Positions 24,202 to 34,349 of a stretch of 64,000 nt of DNA are shown here, piece by piece; the stretch's first letter is position 1; every line of letters begins with the position of its first letter. The position numbers were made by a program, and so were the translations under genes. The DNA lies in NCBI RefSeq assembly GCF_036588685.1, contig NC_086386.1, positions 65,844,001-65,908,000 on the forward strand, read 5' to 3'. Under the pieces are notes generated by a model. The model was not told the origin of the DNA. It saw only the letters and a program-made list of their open reading frames with translations, and made no database searches. The stretch is from Mytilus trossulus (lineage: Eukaryota).

Positions 24202-24423
24202 ATGGATGAAAGAAAACATTGTTCAAAATGTAATGAATACAAGTTACTAAGTGAATATTACAAAGCAAAAGACAAACCACTGGGAGTTAAATCTGCATGT
24301 AAAGAATGTTTAAAACCTTCAAAACAAAATCATTATCAAAATAACAAAGAAAAATATAAAAAAGCTTTTAAAGAATTTATGGAAAGAAATCCTTTTTATT
24401 GGAATTTATATCCAAGAAAATAA
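24202..24423 (+). CDS. Small zinc-finger protein (CxxC...CxxC)
   Basis: CSKC-x22-CKEC, resembling the N-terminal Zn fingers of HNH/endonuclease VII-type proteins but without a nuclease domain. Confidence 0.7.
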   Translation: MDERKHCSKCNEYKLLSEYYKAKDKPLGVKSACKECLKPSKQNHYQNNKEKYKKAFKEFMERNPFYWNLYPRK

Positions 24424-24449
24424 TATAATTAAAAATTAAATATTACAAA

Positions 24450-27400
24450 ATGGGATCTAAAAAATCCTTTAAAGATCTTATTACTGAAACTACTATTGAT
24501 GATATAGAAGAAATCAATGCAACTAAATACATAAACTTATTAAAAGATAAAATAGTTATTAATCAATTTCCTTTAAAAATAAAGATAATAATAACAAGTG
24601 AATTTACAACTCCTATGGCATTTGATAGAATAGAAAGTCATTACTCTCATCCTGTTAAAGTTGTCCTAACACAAAACAATTTATCTACATTTTACAATAA
24701 TTTGTTAGATAAATTTAAAGCTTGGGTAGATAAATTTCAAGAAAGAGGATCTGGTTTTGTTTTCGATGGTATCAAAAGTGTAAAAGTAAAACTATATAAA
24801 TATGAATATCAAAGAGCTTCATCTTATTTTCCCCTTCAATTTAAATCAAGTAATATTATTAATATCCAAAATAAAAAGGATAATAAGTGTTTTCTTTGGT
24901 CAATATTAGCAAGTTTATTTCCAGCCAATAAAGACAAACAAAGAGTAACAAAATATAAAGAATATGAAAATGAAATTAACATGAAAGGAATTGAATATCC
25001 TGTTTCAATAAAAGATATCCCAAAAGTAGAGAAACAAAATAATCTAAGTATAAATGTATTTGCTTTAGAGGATCAAACAAATAAACAATCTTTACATCCA
25101 GTTTATATATCAAATGTAGAAAGTAAAAACGTAATTGATCTCTTATACATTGAAAGTAACGAAAATACTCATTATTGTCTAATTAAAGATTTAAATAGTT
25201 TTATGTGTGATAAGAATAGAAATAAATCGTTTATATGTAGAAACTGTTTGCAAGGATTTCAAAGAGAAGAAACACTAATAAAACATAAAAAAATATGTTA
25301 TGATAACAAACATTGTAAAACCATAATGCCAAAACCAGGAAAAAATATTCTTAAATTCAATAATCATCATTTTAAAAATAAATTACCATTTGTTATCTAC
25401 TCTGATTTCGAAGCATATAATATTCCTATACAATCCTGTACTCCAGATCCTAATAAATCTTATATAAAACCAATAAGTAAACAAGAAATAAATAGTTATG
25501 GTATTTATGTTCATTCTGATTATCCAGAAATATATAAACCACAATACTTTTCTTATGTTGGTGATGATACAGTAGAAAAATATGTGGAAAAAGTAATGAA
25601 GATATACAAAGAAATAACTTATAAGATCTACCTTAACGAAAAGAAAAAACCAATATTAAATAATCATGAAGAAGATGAATTTCAAGAAGCAACCGGATGT
25701 TATATTTGTGGAGAAGAATTTAAAGAAAGCGAAAAAGTAAGAGAACATAATCATCTTTCAGGTAAATATAGAGGAGCAGCGTGTCAATCGTGTAACACAA
25801 AAGAAGGTAAAGCAACAAAATTAATACCCGTGTTCTTTCATAATGGATCGAATTATGATTTCCACTTTTTAATCGAAGAATTAATGAAATATGAAGATGA
25901 ATATAATAAAGTAAAACTTCTTTCTAAAAACTCAGAAAATTATATTTCTATAGATTATGGATCAAATTATAAAAAATTAAGATTCCTAGATTCATATAGA
26001 TTTATGTTAAAAGGCTTATCAGATATTGCCAAATCAATGGATGAGTTTCCTATTTTAGAAAAAGAGTTTAAAGGTAATATAGCTCTTTTAAAACAAAAAG
26101 GATTCTATCCATATGAATACATAGATTTTATAAAAAAATTTGAAGATAAAAAACTTCCTGAAATAGAAAATTTTTATTCTAAATTAAAAAAAGAAACAAT
26201 TACAAAAGAAGAGTACAAACATGCACAAAAAGTCTGGGAATATTATAATTGTAAAACTTTATTAGACTATCATAATTTATATCTTAAAACTGATGTTCTT
26301 ATCTTAGCCGATGCATTCGAAAAATTTAGAAATTTCTTTTTAGAAAACCATAAAATAGATCCATGCTATTGTTATTCTGCTCCGGGATTGACTTGGCAAT
26401 GCGGGTTAAAATTTACTGGAGTAAAACTAGAATTATTAACTGATGTTGATATGTTACAAATGTTTGAGAAAGGAATAAGAGGAGGATTTTCTGGAGTATT
26501 AGGTCCTAGACATGTAAAAGCCTTCAACAAATATACTTCAAATTATGATAAAGATTATAGAATAATAGATGAACATGAAAAAAAAGAGTGTTTAAAAAGA
26601 TTAAAAGAAGGAAAAGATTTAAATAAATTTTTTGAAAAAAATTATTTGTTGTATCTAGATGCAAATAATTTATATGGATGGGCTATGTCACAAAAACTTC
26701 CTACAGGAGATTTTAAATGGGAAAAAGATTTAAAATATTATAAAGAAATTCCAAAAGGAAGAGGATGTTTAATTGAATGTGATTTAAAATACACAGAAAA
26801 ATGTAAAAAGAAAACATATAAATATCCTTTAGCACCAGAAAAGATGAAAATAAAAAAAGAAGAATTATCTGATTACCAATTAAATCTATTGGGAGACAAA
26901 CCATTAGGTAATGAAGAAAAATTATTTTTAACATTGAGAGATAAAAAAAAATATATAATTCACGATAGCATTTTAAAAGAATATATAAAACTTGGAATAA
27001 AGGTAACAAAAGTTTACAGAACAATTTCATTTAAAGAATCAAATTGGTTAGCAAAATACATAAATTTCAATACAGAACAAAGAACTAAAGCAAAATCAGA
27101 TTTTGAAAAAGATCTTTGGAAACTGATGAACAATAGTTTCTATGGTAAAACATTAGAAAATATCAGAGGAAGAAGTGAAATAAAATTATTTACAGACAGG
27201 GAAGAAGTAAAAAAATATATAAAAAAACCAAATTTTAAAGACTCAATAATATTTAATGATAACTTTGTTGCAATTGAAAATAATGTTACTTCTGTTAAAT
27301 TTAATAAACCTATTTATTTAGGACAGGCTATATTGGATTACTCAAAACAATTAATGTATAGCTTTTATTATGATGTTGTTAATGAATTATGGGAAAAGAA

Positions 27401-27887
27401 TGAATTAGTTGCAAGTGATACTGATAGTATGATTTTGAGTGTAAAAACCAAAGATATTTATAAAGACATGGAAGAAATGATAGATGAACTTGATACGTCT
27501 GGTTATCCAAAAGATCACCCTTTATATTCAGAAAAAAATAAAAAAGTAATTGGTAAATTTAAAGATGAACTTAATGGGAAAATTATGAATGAAATAGTTT
27601 ATTTAAAAAGTAAAGCATATTCTTTTACATTAACAGACACAATGTGTTTAAGTGAAGAAAAAAAATTAAAAGGAATTGGAAAAACTACAATAAATAAAGA
27701 TATTAAATTTGATGATTATAAAGATTGTTTGTTCAATAATAAAACCAAAATGAATAAAATGTGTACAATGAACTCGAGCAAACACAAAATGTTTGTTAAT
27801 GAAGTAAATAAAATAAGTATGTCTTCATTCGACGACAAAAGATATATTTTAGATAATGGAATAGATACTCAACCTTTTGGATTTTAA
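24450..27887 (+). CDS. pPolB: Protein-primed family B DNA polymerase, 1145 aa, intact
   Basis: Exonuclease motifs (YSDFE, FHNGSNYDFH, Y...DV) and polymerase motifs LYLDANNLYG, KLMNNSFYGK, SDTDS. Inserted endonuclease-VII-like Zn motif CYIC...HNHLSGKYRGAACQSCN. Confidence 0.98.
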   Translation: MGSKKSFKDLITETTIDDIEEINATKYINLLKDKIVINQFPLKIKIIITSEFTTPMAFDRIESHYSHPVKVVLTQNNLSTFYNNLLDKFKAWVDKFQERGSGFVFDGIKSVKVKLYKYEYQRASSYFPLQFKSSNIINIQNKKDNKCFLWSILASLFPANKDKQRVTKYKEYENEINMKGIEYPVSIKDIPKVEKQNNLSINVFALEDQTNKQSLHPVYISNVESKNVIDLLYIESNENTHYCLIKDLNSFMCDKNRNKSFICRNCLQGFQREETLIKHKKICYDNKHCKTIMPKPGKNILKFNNHHFKNKLPFVIYSDFEAYNIPIQSCTPDPNKSYIKPISKQEINSYGIYVHSDYPEIYKPQYFSYVGDDTVEKYVEKVMKIYKEITYKIYLNEKKKPILNNHEEDEFQEATGCYICGEEFKESEKVREHNHLSGKYRGAACQSCNTKEGKATKLIPVFFHNGSNYDFHFLIEELMKYEDEYNKVKLLSKNSENYISIDYGSNYKKLRFLDSYRFMLKGLSDIAKSMDEFPILEKEFKGNIALLKQKGFYPYEYIDFIKKFEDKKLPEIENFYSKLKKETITKEEYKHAQKVWEYYNCKTLLDYHNLYLKTDVLILADAFEKFRNFFLENHKIDPCYCYSAPGLTWQCGLKFTGVKLELLTDVDMLQMFEKGIRGGFSGVLGPRHVKAFNKYTSNYDKDYRIIDEHEKKECLKRLKEGKDLNKFFEKNYLLYLDANNLYGWAMSQKLPTGDFKWEKDLKYYKEIPKGRGCLIECDLKYTEKCKKKTYKYPLAPEKMKIKKEELSDYQLNLLGDKPLGNEEKLFLTLRDKKKYIIHDSILKEYIKLGIKVTKVYRTISFKESNWLAKYINFNTEQRTKAKSDFEKDLWKLMNNSFYGKTLENIRGRSEIKLFTDREEVKKYIKKPNFKDSIIFNDNFVAIENNVTSVKFNKPIYLGQAILDYSKQLMYSFYYDVVNELWEKNELVASDTDSMILSVKTKDIYKDMEEMIDELDTSGYPKDHPLYSEKNKKVIGKFKDELNGKIMNEIVYLKSKAYSFTLTDTMCLSEEKKLKGIGKTTINKDIKFDDYKDCLFNNKTKMNKMCTMNSSKHKMFVNEVNKISMSSFDDKRYILDNGIDTQPFGF

Positions 27888-27898
27888 TTTATTTTAAT

Positions 27899-28318
27899 TT
27901 ATTTTAATTTCCAAACAATAAAACCAGTTAATGTCATACCACCAACAACAAATGCAATCTCTCTATTTTTCTGGTCTTCTGATGGAGTATAAAAATCACT
28001 TAATGTAGGTTTAGGTGATAATGAAGTTAATTTTTTATTCGTGACACGATAGTATAGTTTCATTGCTTGGTCAACATCATCAAAAGTCTGAACCGCATGA
28101 TGTTCCTTTTGTAATTGTTCATTTATAAAATCTAATCTTTGTATTCTTTTTTTATTCCATTCTGATTGTGCTTTTTCTAATTTTTCTATAGCTTTATCAT
28201 GTCTTATTTTCTCTTCATTTGCATTACTACCCATATGTGAAAATAAATAATTACTCCCTGAAAATGCAAAAGCATTTGTTATTGCCCCACCAAGCATCAT
28301 TGTTAAAGCACTTGCCAT
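27899..28318 (-). CDS. Polinton small protein with hydrophobic N- and C-termini, 139 aa
   Basis: ORF in a tightly packed minus-strand run. Ends IAFVVGGMTLTGFIVWKLK. Confidence 0.75.
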   Translation of the reverse strand: MASALTMMLGGAITNAFAFSGSNYLFSHMGSNANEEKIRHDKAIEKLEKAQSEWNKKRIQRLDFINEQLQKEHHAVQTFDDVDQAMKLYYRVTNKKLTSLSPKPTLSDFYTPSEDQKNREIAFVVGGMTLTGFIVWKLK

Positions 28319-28334
28319 TTTATAAAAACAAAAA

Positions 28335-28571
28335 TTACTTCATAATATCAGCAGGTATAATACCTTGCTTAATCAACATATCTTTTGTTGCCATCGCAAG
28401 TAATATATCAATGGACAACATTACAACATCATTCATATTAAAATCCACTTTTGGTGCTGGCCTCCTTAAAACCTTTTTACCTATTTCTGCATATCCAACT
28501 GTTAACAATGTTTCCACTCCAGCATGATATAACATATTTGCTATTTGTTTTCCGTCTTTTTGAGTTGTCAT
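28335..28571 (-). CDS. Polinton small hypothetical protein, 78 aa
   Basis: Tightly packed ORF with an AAAATG start context like its neighbours. Confidence 0.7.
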   Translation of the reverse strand: MTTQKDGKQIANMLYHAGVETLLTVGYAEIGKKVLRRPAPKVDFNMNDVVMLSIDILLAMATKDMLIKQGIIPADIMK

Positions 28572-28586
28572 TTTAATGTACTAAAT

Positions 28587-29006
28587 TTAATTAAATTCAA
28601 AAGGATCAATTTCTTTCTTTTGTTTTTCTGGTTTTGTTATTTCTTTAATCATTCTTTCTGGTTTCTTACTTTGGTTGTAAAAAAACAATCCCAATCCAAC
28701 AATACTTATAGGAAAAAGTACAAATTTGTAATCAACTAGGGAACTGGAGTGTTTCTTGACAGAAGGGATATGTTCGTTTGATTCATAATCTGTTTCTGTA
28801 TCAGAATCTTTTGTTATTTGTTTGATTTTTGAATTTTCTTTTTTTAATTTTTCCACTTCTTTTTTTCTCAATTCTGCATTTCTTATTCTTACTTCTGCAC
28901 CTTTCTTACCAGCAGCTACTCTTTTTGGGTCTTTTGGTTTGGGTTTTTTAAATACTTCTTTTTTTTCTTCTTTGTTTTCTTTTTGTTCAGGATTTTCATT
29001 CATCAT
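28587..29006 (-). CDS. Basic protein with KDPKRVAAGKKG motif and a TM segment, 139 aa
   Basis: KGG-like basic motif followed by FVLFPISIVGLGLFFY. Confidence 0.72.
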   Translation of the reverse strand: MMNENPEQKENKEEKKEVFKKPKPKDPKRVAAGKKGAEVRIRNAELRKKEVEKLKKENSKIKQITKDSDTETDYESNEHIPSVKKHSSSLVDYKFVLFPISIVGLGLFFYNQSKKPERMIKEITKPEKQKKEIDPFEFN

Positions 29007-29635
29007 TTTTTATGTCATTTTTTTCATCTTTTTTTTGGAAATCGAGCGAAGCGAGTGGTTCGATATGTCTTGCTGTTGTTAATATTGCAGTAAAAGGAGC
29101 AAGATACATTCCATATCTATAGTACAGTTCACAACATGTATTAGTTAAAGCATTATTGATAAAAGGATCTTCCTCTAAGTCTTGTATTAAAATTGGTGGA
29201 TTAACAACTTTGAAAAACTTTGATACACCCATGACATATAAATTTATAAAAGAGTTTCCTAATGTCTTGGTCATACTAGCTCCCAATCTTGCTTCATATT
29301 TACAGTATAGTTTGTTTATTTGTTCTGTTGTCATTTTATCAATATCTGACAGTTGTAATTCTTTACCCAGATATTGTTTACTACTCCCACCAGCAACAAC
29401 GGATGATAATCTTTCGCGTTTTTTTTTCTTGAAGGGAACCGTTCACTTCGCTCGCTTCATCATCAATATTTATGTTTTCCACAATTTGCTCGCTTAATAA
29501 TTCTTCAGCATTCATTTTATACGTTTCAAAAAACGGATATAATTTATTTTTAACTTTAAAAAAATTAAATACAACATATCCAACCAATGATAAGACTGCA
29601 GTGTTTGTTGCAATTGTTAGTATTTCCAACAGCAT
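28996..29635 (-). CDS. Hypothetical protein split by one extra base in a homopolymer near 29419-29427
   Basis: Removing one A joins the 84-aa and 112-aa ORFs through QEKKRERLSSVVAGGSSKQYLGKELQLSDIDKMTTEQ. Confidence 0.68.
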
Positions 29636-29647
29636 TGCTTTTTTTTA

Positions 29648-29850
29648 TTGCTTATTTTGGTTAAATTACTTAAGAATTACTTATTTTGGTTAAATTACTT
29701 AAGAATTACTTAAGCATTACTTAAGTATTATTTTGCTTATTTTGGTTAAATTACTTAAGAATTACTTATTTTGGTTAAATTACTTAAGAATTACTTAAGC
29801 ATTACTTAAGCATTACTTAAGCATTACTTAAGCATTACTTGAGAATTGCT
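29648..29850. repeat. Tandem array of 11-bp TTACTTAAG(C/A)A units with a longer superperiod
   Basis: Read directly from the sequence. Non-coding, downstream of the ATPase gene. Confidence 0.88.
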
Positions 29851-29857
29851 AAAAAAA

Positions 29858-30535
29858 TCAATTAAGTAACCAATAATCAGTAGGTTGATCTGTCTTTAAT
29901 ATTAATTTACGATGTTTCTTTTTTTTAAGTTCTTCCTTTATTCTTTGTCTTTCTTCCAAAGTAGGAATAACATCATTTTCTCTTAGACAATTATCAAAAC
30001 TATCTCTATCTTTTGTGTAGAACATGCATAACCATTTTGTTTGTTCTCTTAAATCTTTTAAAACAGAGTTGTATCTCTGTGAAATGACCCACACTGATTG
30101 TTCCGCATGTCTTCCTGAAAATGCAAGCTCGGACAGCATATCTTTTTTCTTTGTTAGTTCTTTTGTTGCACTGCAGTCATCAATGATATATAATGTTGGA
30201 TGACCAGCATATTTTTTAAAGAACATTCTTAGTAGTTCTTGTAGCTTCTCTTCTTCATTAAGGGAACCGTTCGCTTCTCTCACTTCAACAATAGGATTAA
30301 CAATTATTAGATTTTTTGTTTTTGGTTTTCTAACATCATCAATCCATTCACGATTTTTGTATGCTTTGTTCCATTGGATGGTTGGACAAAGTATGACTAT
30401 ATATTTGAAAACTCCACTATATTCTCCTTCTAATAAATCAAGAACAAACTCTGTTTTTCCACATCCTGTTTGTCCACATATAATAGCACAATGGGGATAT
30501 TTTGGTAATTCATAAAGGGAATCGTTCGCTTCCAT
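29858..30535 (-). CDS. DNA packaging ATPase (A32/FtsK-HerA family)
   Basis: Walker A GQTGCGKT, Walker B YIIDD, SGRH arginine motif, ISQ sensor. Confidence 0.93.
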   Translation of the reverse strand: MEANDSLYELPKYPHCAIICGQTGCGKTEFVLDLLEGEYSGVFKYIVILCPTIQWNKAYKNREWIDDVRKPKTKNLIIVNPIVEVREANGSLNEEEKLQELLRMFFKKYAGHPTLYIIDDCSATKELTKKKDMLSELAFSGRHAEQSVWVISQRYNSVLKDLREQTKWLCMFYTKDRDSFDNCLRENDVIPTLEERQRIKEELKKKKHRKLILKTDQPTDYWLLN

Positions 30536-30609
30536 TTTTTAAGGGGAACAGTTCGCTTCCATTTTTTAAGGATAACCGGAGTGTATCTCGCTCCGCTCGC
30601 TTGCTTTTC

Positions 30610-30936
30610 TTTCATTTTTAAAAGTAAAAATTGATTTTATTTTTCTCTTAAATCCCACAGAATTTTTTCTCTGCCTGTTCTCCCGGTTTTTTTATTTATT
30701 TTTTTTGGAATTTTTTTGTTGTTTTTTGGGTGTTTTTAATAACGTTTTTTTTTATAAAAAAGTAAAAAAAAAAATTTTTGGGAGTAAGAAAATTTGGTGT
30801 TTTTTGGGGTGTTTTTTTGCTTTTTTTTATGAAAATTTAGGGCTCTTTTACTTGAAATGAGGGTAATTTTTTGGGGGTCAAATTTTTTTTTTTTTTTGGA
30901 GGGGGTGCGCTGGAGTCGTTCAAGTACTATACTACT
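30610..30936 (-). repeat. Polinton right TIR
   Basis: Matches left 15513-15809 plus ~16310-16342. Its inner end includes an ATGAAA start. Confidence 0.93.
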
Positions 30937-31696
30937 TACATGTAGCAAAATGACATATCTATTTTATGCAATTTCCTCTCGATTTTGAAATTATTACAAT
31001 TTGAGATTTCGTAGTAAACCGTCTAGGAAATGAAGTGTTGTTAATCCTGCTTTCTTTTTCTTCTTCTTTTTTTTTAGTTAAAAAGAGCTATTTATAAAGG
31101 TGTAATGCCACCATTGATTTTCCCCTATTAGTCTTTGTTAAATTTGCACTTTTCAAAAAATTGTGTAGAATTTATCTTTGTTTCAAATAAAGAAATACTT
31201 GGCATGAGTAAAGTTTTATCCTGTCCAGTTCTATAGAAAAAGTTTCACATAACATTTCATTGCATATAAGAAAATAACCATCATTGGAAGTTAACCAATC
31301 AAATTTCTCCCCTTATGCTATCTGTGTACAAGGTTTAGTCACCATGCAACCTCAAGATTACAAAATTTTCTATAGAAATCGCAAATAAAAAATAATGGTA
31401 TTTTGAAATACCCAAGACATTTGTTTATGACTCAGAAATAGTTTTACTGCAATAAAATGTAGGATTAATTACCTACAACGGTCAAATTCAAGGGAATATT
31501 TTTTTAGACCTACTTTCGTATGCAACCGGATGTGACGTACCATGATTTGGTGGTATAACACCTTTAACATAAAAAAAAAAAAAGAAGAAAATTTCTCGAT
31601 TAAAGACTCTCTCATTTGTATAAGTTGACGCGTCAGTGCCGGGGCAATGTAAGAAAAAAAAACCAAAAAAAAACTTGTCCAAGCCGAAAAAAAGTA

Positions 31697-31769
31697 TGTT
31701 TCCGCTGAGGATTGAACTCAGGACCTTCCGCGTGTTAAGCGGATGTGATAACCACTACACCACGGAAAC
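31697..31769 (-). tRNA. trnV-AAC: tRNA-Val(AAC)
   Basis: Intact copy. Confidence 0.96.
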
Positions 31770-32175
31770 CATTAATGAATTGTGTCTTATATATTTATTT
31801 ATTAGTCAGCTGTCCGACTGATCATTGGCGTATTGGTGGTTTTTTAATACTCATTTGCATTACTGTGATTTTTTATTAAGAACATTGTATTAAACATTTG
31901 AAAAGTCCTTCGTGCAAACTTATAGGAAGCACTTATAAAACCTAAAAGAAGTACGTGATACATTCTGAAATATGGAAGAGTGCAGTTGAAAACTTTTCTT
32001 TTTATCTTGCTCTCCCCATGTGTGTCAGTGGTTTCATTTTAACCTGTGTGTGCTATAGCAATCTAAGCTGAGAGGCACAAGTTAGACTCTGATGATATGC
32101 CTATTTGTTTAGCGATTTTCACATGATATATAAACTGAAGTATAAGTTCGAAAATATTTGATAAGTACATTGTCC

Positions 32176-32248
32176 GGTTCTGTGGTGTAGTGGTTATCAC
32201 GTCTGCTTTACACGCAGAAGGTCGCGAGTTCGAACCTCGCCAGAACCT
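32176..32248 (+). tRNA. trnV-TAC: tRNA-Val(TAC)
   Basis: Intact copy. Confidence 0.95.
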
Positions 32249-33731
32249 GGTTTGTTTTTGCAAATGGGCACCCCATAACTTTTAATAATGAAAGAAATTG
32301 TTCGTGTAACTGCAATTGTTTGAAACCGAAAATTTGGCTAGATATAATTCAGAAATATTTTTTAGCACCCAAGGTCATGTAGCAATCTATTGAAAAACCT
32401 ATCATCTCCTAAACAGTATGTATACTGAGGCAAATGTAAAGTCTATATAGCTTTTGGGAGATGACAGAATGGTTCAGAAACTGACATTTGGTACGACGTA
32501 ACATTATCTAACGTGTTATATATCATACTGAATGGCGGTTAAATTGTGTCAGTTGAAGAAAGAAGAAAAAAACGAGAAAAAAAAACCAACCACAGCAATT
32601 GCTTTTAACGTGTTACAATTTATAGTAGCTGTATTGAGAACTTTTACAGTTTTAATGAAAATCCGAATAGTAAATCCTACCGTTTTCTCAAATTGTTAAA
32701 CTTCGGATTCGAATTAAAAGAGGATAACTATACATGCAATTGTGCCGATAATATAGCTAACTTAAACAAGTTGACAAATGATAGGCGTACATTTACTAAA
32801 AAGCAAAACAAATAGGGGCATATTCAAGTGCACCTTTCATGATGCACTCGCCTTAAATGCAATGAAACAATAAAAGTCATTGCTGCCTGAGAATGATTGT
32901 TGGTTCCGTCTGATACATGTAGCAAAATGACATATCTATTTTATGCAATTTCCTCTCGATTTTGAAATTATTACAATTTGAGATTTCGTAGTAAACCGTC
33001 TAGGAAATGAAGTGTTGTTAATCCTGCTTTCTTTTTCTTCTTCTTTTTTTTTAGTTAAAAAGAGCTATTTATAAAGGTGTAATACCACCATTGATTTTCC
33101 CCTATTAGTCTTTGTTAAATTTGCACTTTTCAAAAAATTGTGTAGAATTTATCTTTGTTTCAAATAAAGAAATACTTGGCATGAGTAAAGTTTTATCCTG
33201 TCCAGTTCTATAGAAAAAGTTTCACATAACATTTCATTGCATATAAGAAAATAACCATCATTGGAAGTTAACCAATCAAATTTCTCCCCTTATGCTATCT
33301 GTGTACAAGGTTTAGTCACCATGCAACCTCAAGATTACAAAATTTTCTATAGAAATCTGTGTACAAGGTTTAGTCACCATGCAACCTCAAGATTACAAAA
33401 TTTTCTATAGAAATCGCAAATAAAAAATAATGGTATTTTGAAATACCCAAGACATTTGTTTATGACTCAGAAATAGTTTTACTGCAATAAAATGTAGGAT
33501 AAATTACCTACAACGGTCAAATTCAAGGGAATATTTTTTTAGACCTACTTTCGTATGCAACCGGATGTGACGTACCATGATTTGGTGGTGTTACACCTTT
33601 AACATAAAAAAAAAAAAAAAGAAGAAAATTCCTCGATTAAAGACTCTCTCTATTGTATAAGTTGACGCGTCAGTGCCAGGGCAATGTAAGAAAAAAAAAC
33701 AAAAAAAACTTGTCCAAGCCGAAAAAAAGTA

Positions 33732-33804
33732 TGTTTCCGCTGAGGATTGAACTCAGGACCTTCCGCGTGTTAAGCGGATGTGATAACCACTACACCACGG
33801 AAAC
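33732..33804 (-). tRNA. trnV-AAC: tRNA-Val(AAC)
   Basis: Intact copy. Confidence 0.96.
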
Positions 33805-34195
33805 CATTAATGAATTGTGTCTTATTTATTTATTTATTAGTCAGCTGTCCGACTGATCATTGGCGTATTGGTGGTTTTTTAATACTCATTTGCATTACTG
33901 TGATTTTTTATTAAGAACATTGTATTAAACATTTGAAAAGTCCTTCGTGCAAACTTATAGGAAGCACTTATAAAACCTAAAAGAAGTACGTGATACATTC
34001 TGAAATATGGAAGAGTGCAGTTGAAAACTTTTCTTTTTATCTTGCTCTCCCCATGTGTGTCAGTGGTTTCATTTTAACCTGTGTGTGCTATAGCAATCTA
34101 AGCTGAGAGGCACAAGTTAGACTCTGATGATATGCCTATTTGTTTAGCGATTTTCACATGATATATAAACTGAAGTATAAGTTCGAAAATATTTG

Positions 34196-34250
34196 CCGAC
34201 CGTGCAAGGGCTGTATAGCCAGTCAAGGTCGTTAAAAACTTCCATTTGTT
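34196..34250 (+). mobile_element. 55-bp insertion with 11-bp TSD, probably an extremely truncated LINE/SINE 3' end
   Basis: TSD GAAAATATTTG (34185-34195 / 34251-34261). The insert folds as CGACC..GGCT-GTAT-AGCC..GGTCG and is absent from other units. Confidence 0.75.
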
Positions 34251-34276
34251 GAAAATATTTGATAAGTACATTGTCC

Positions 34277-34349
34277 GGTTCTGTGGTGTAGTGGTTATCA
34301 CGTCTGCTTTACACGCAGAAGGTCGCGAGTTCGAACCTCGCCAGAACCT
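34277..34349 (+). tRNA. trnV-TAC: tRNA-Val(TAC)
   Basis: Intact gene body; insertion just upstream. Confidence 0.94.

Larger units (their letters stand above)
15513..30936. mobile_element. Complete Polinton/Maverick (adintovirus-like) endogenous viral element, 15,424 bp
   Basis: AGTAGT...ACTACT termini, ~300-bp TIRs, 6-bp TSD TACATG (15507-15512 / 30937-30942). Encodes pPolB, RVE integrase, packaging ATPase and capsid genes. The array spacer resumes exactly after the TSD. Confidence 0.97.
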
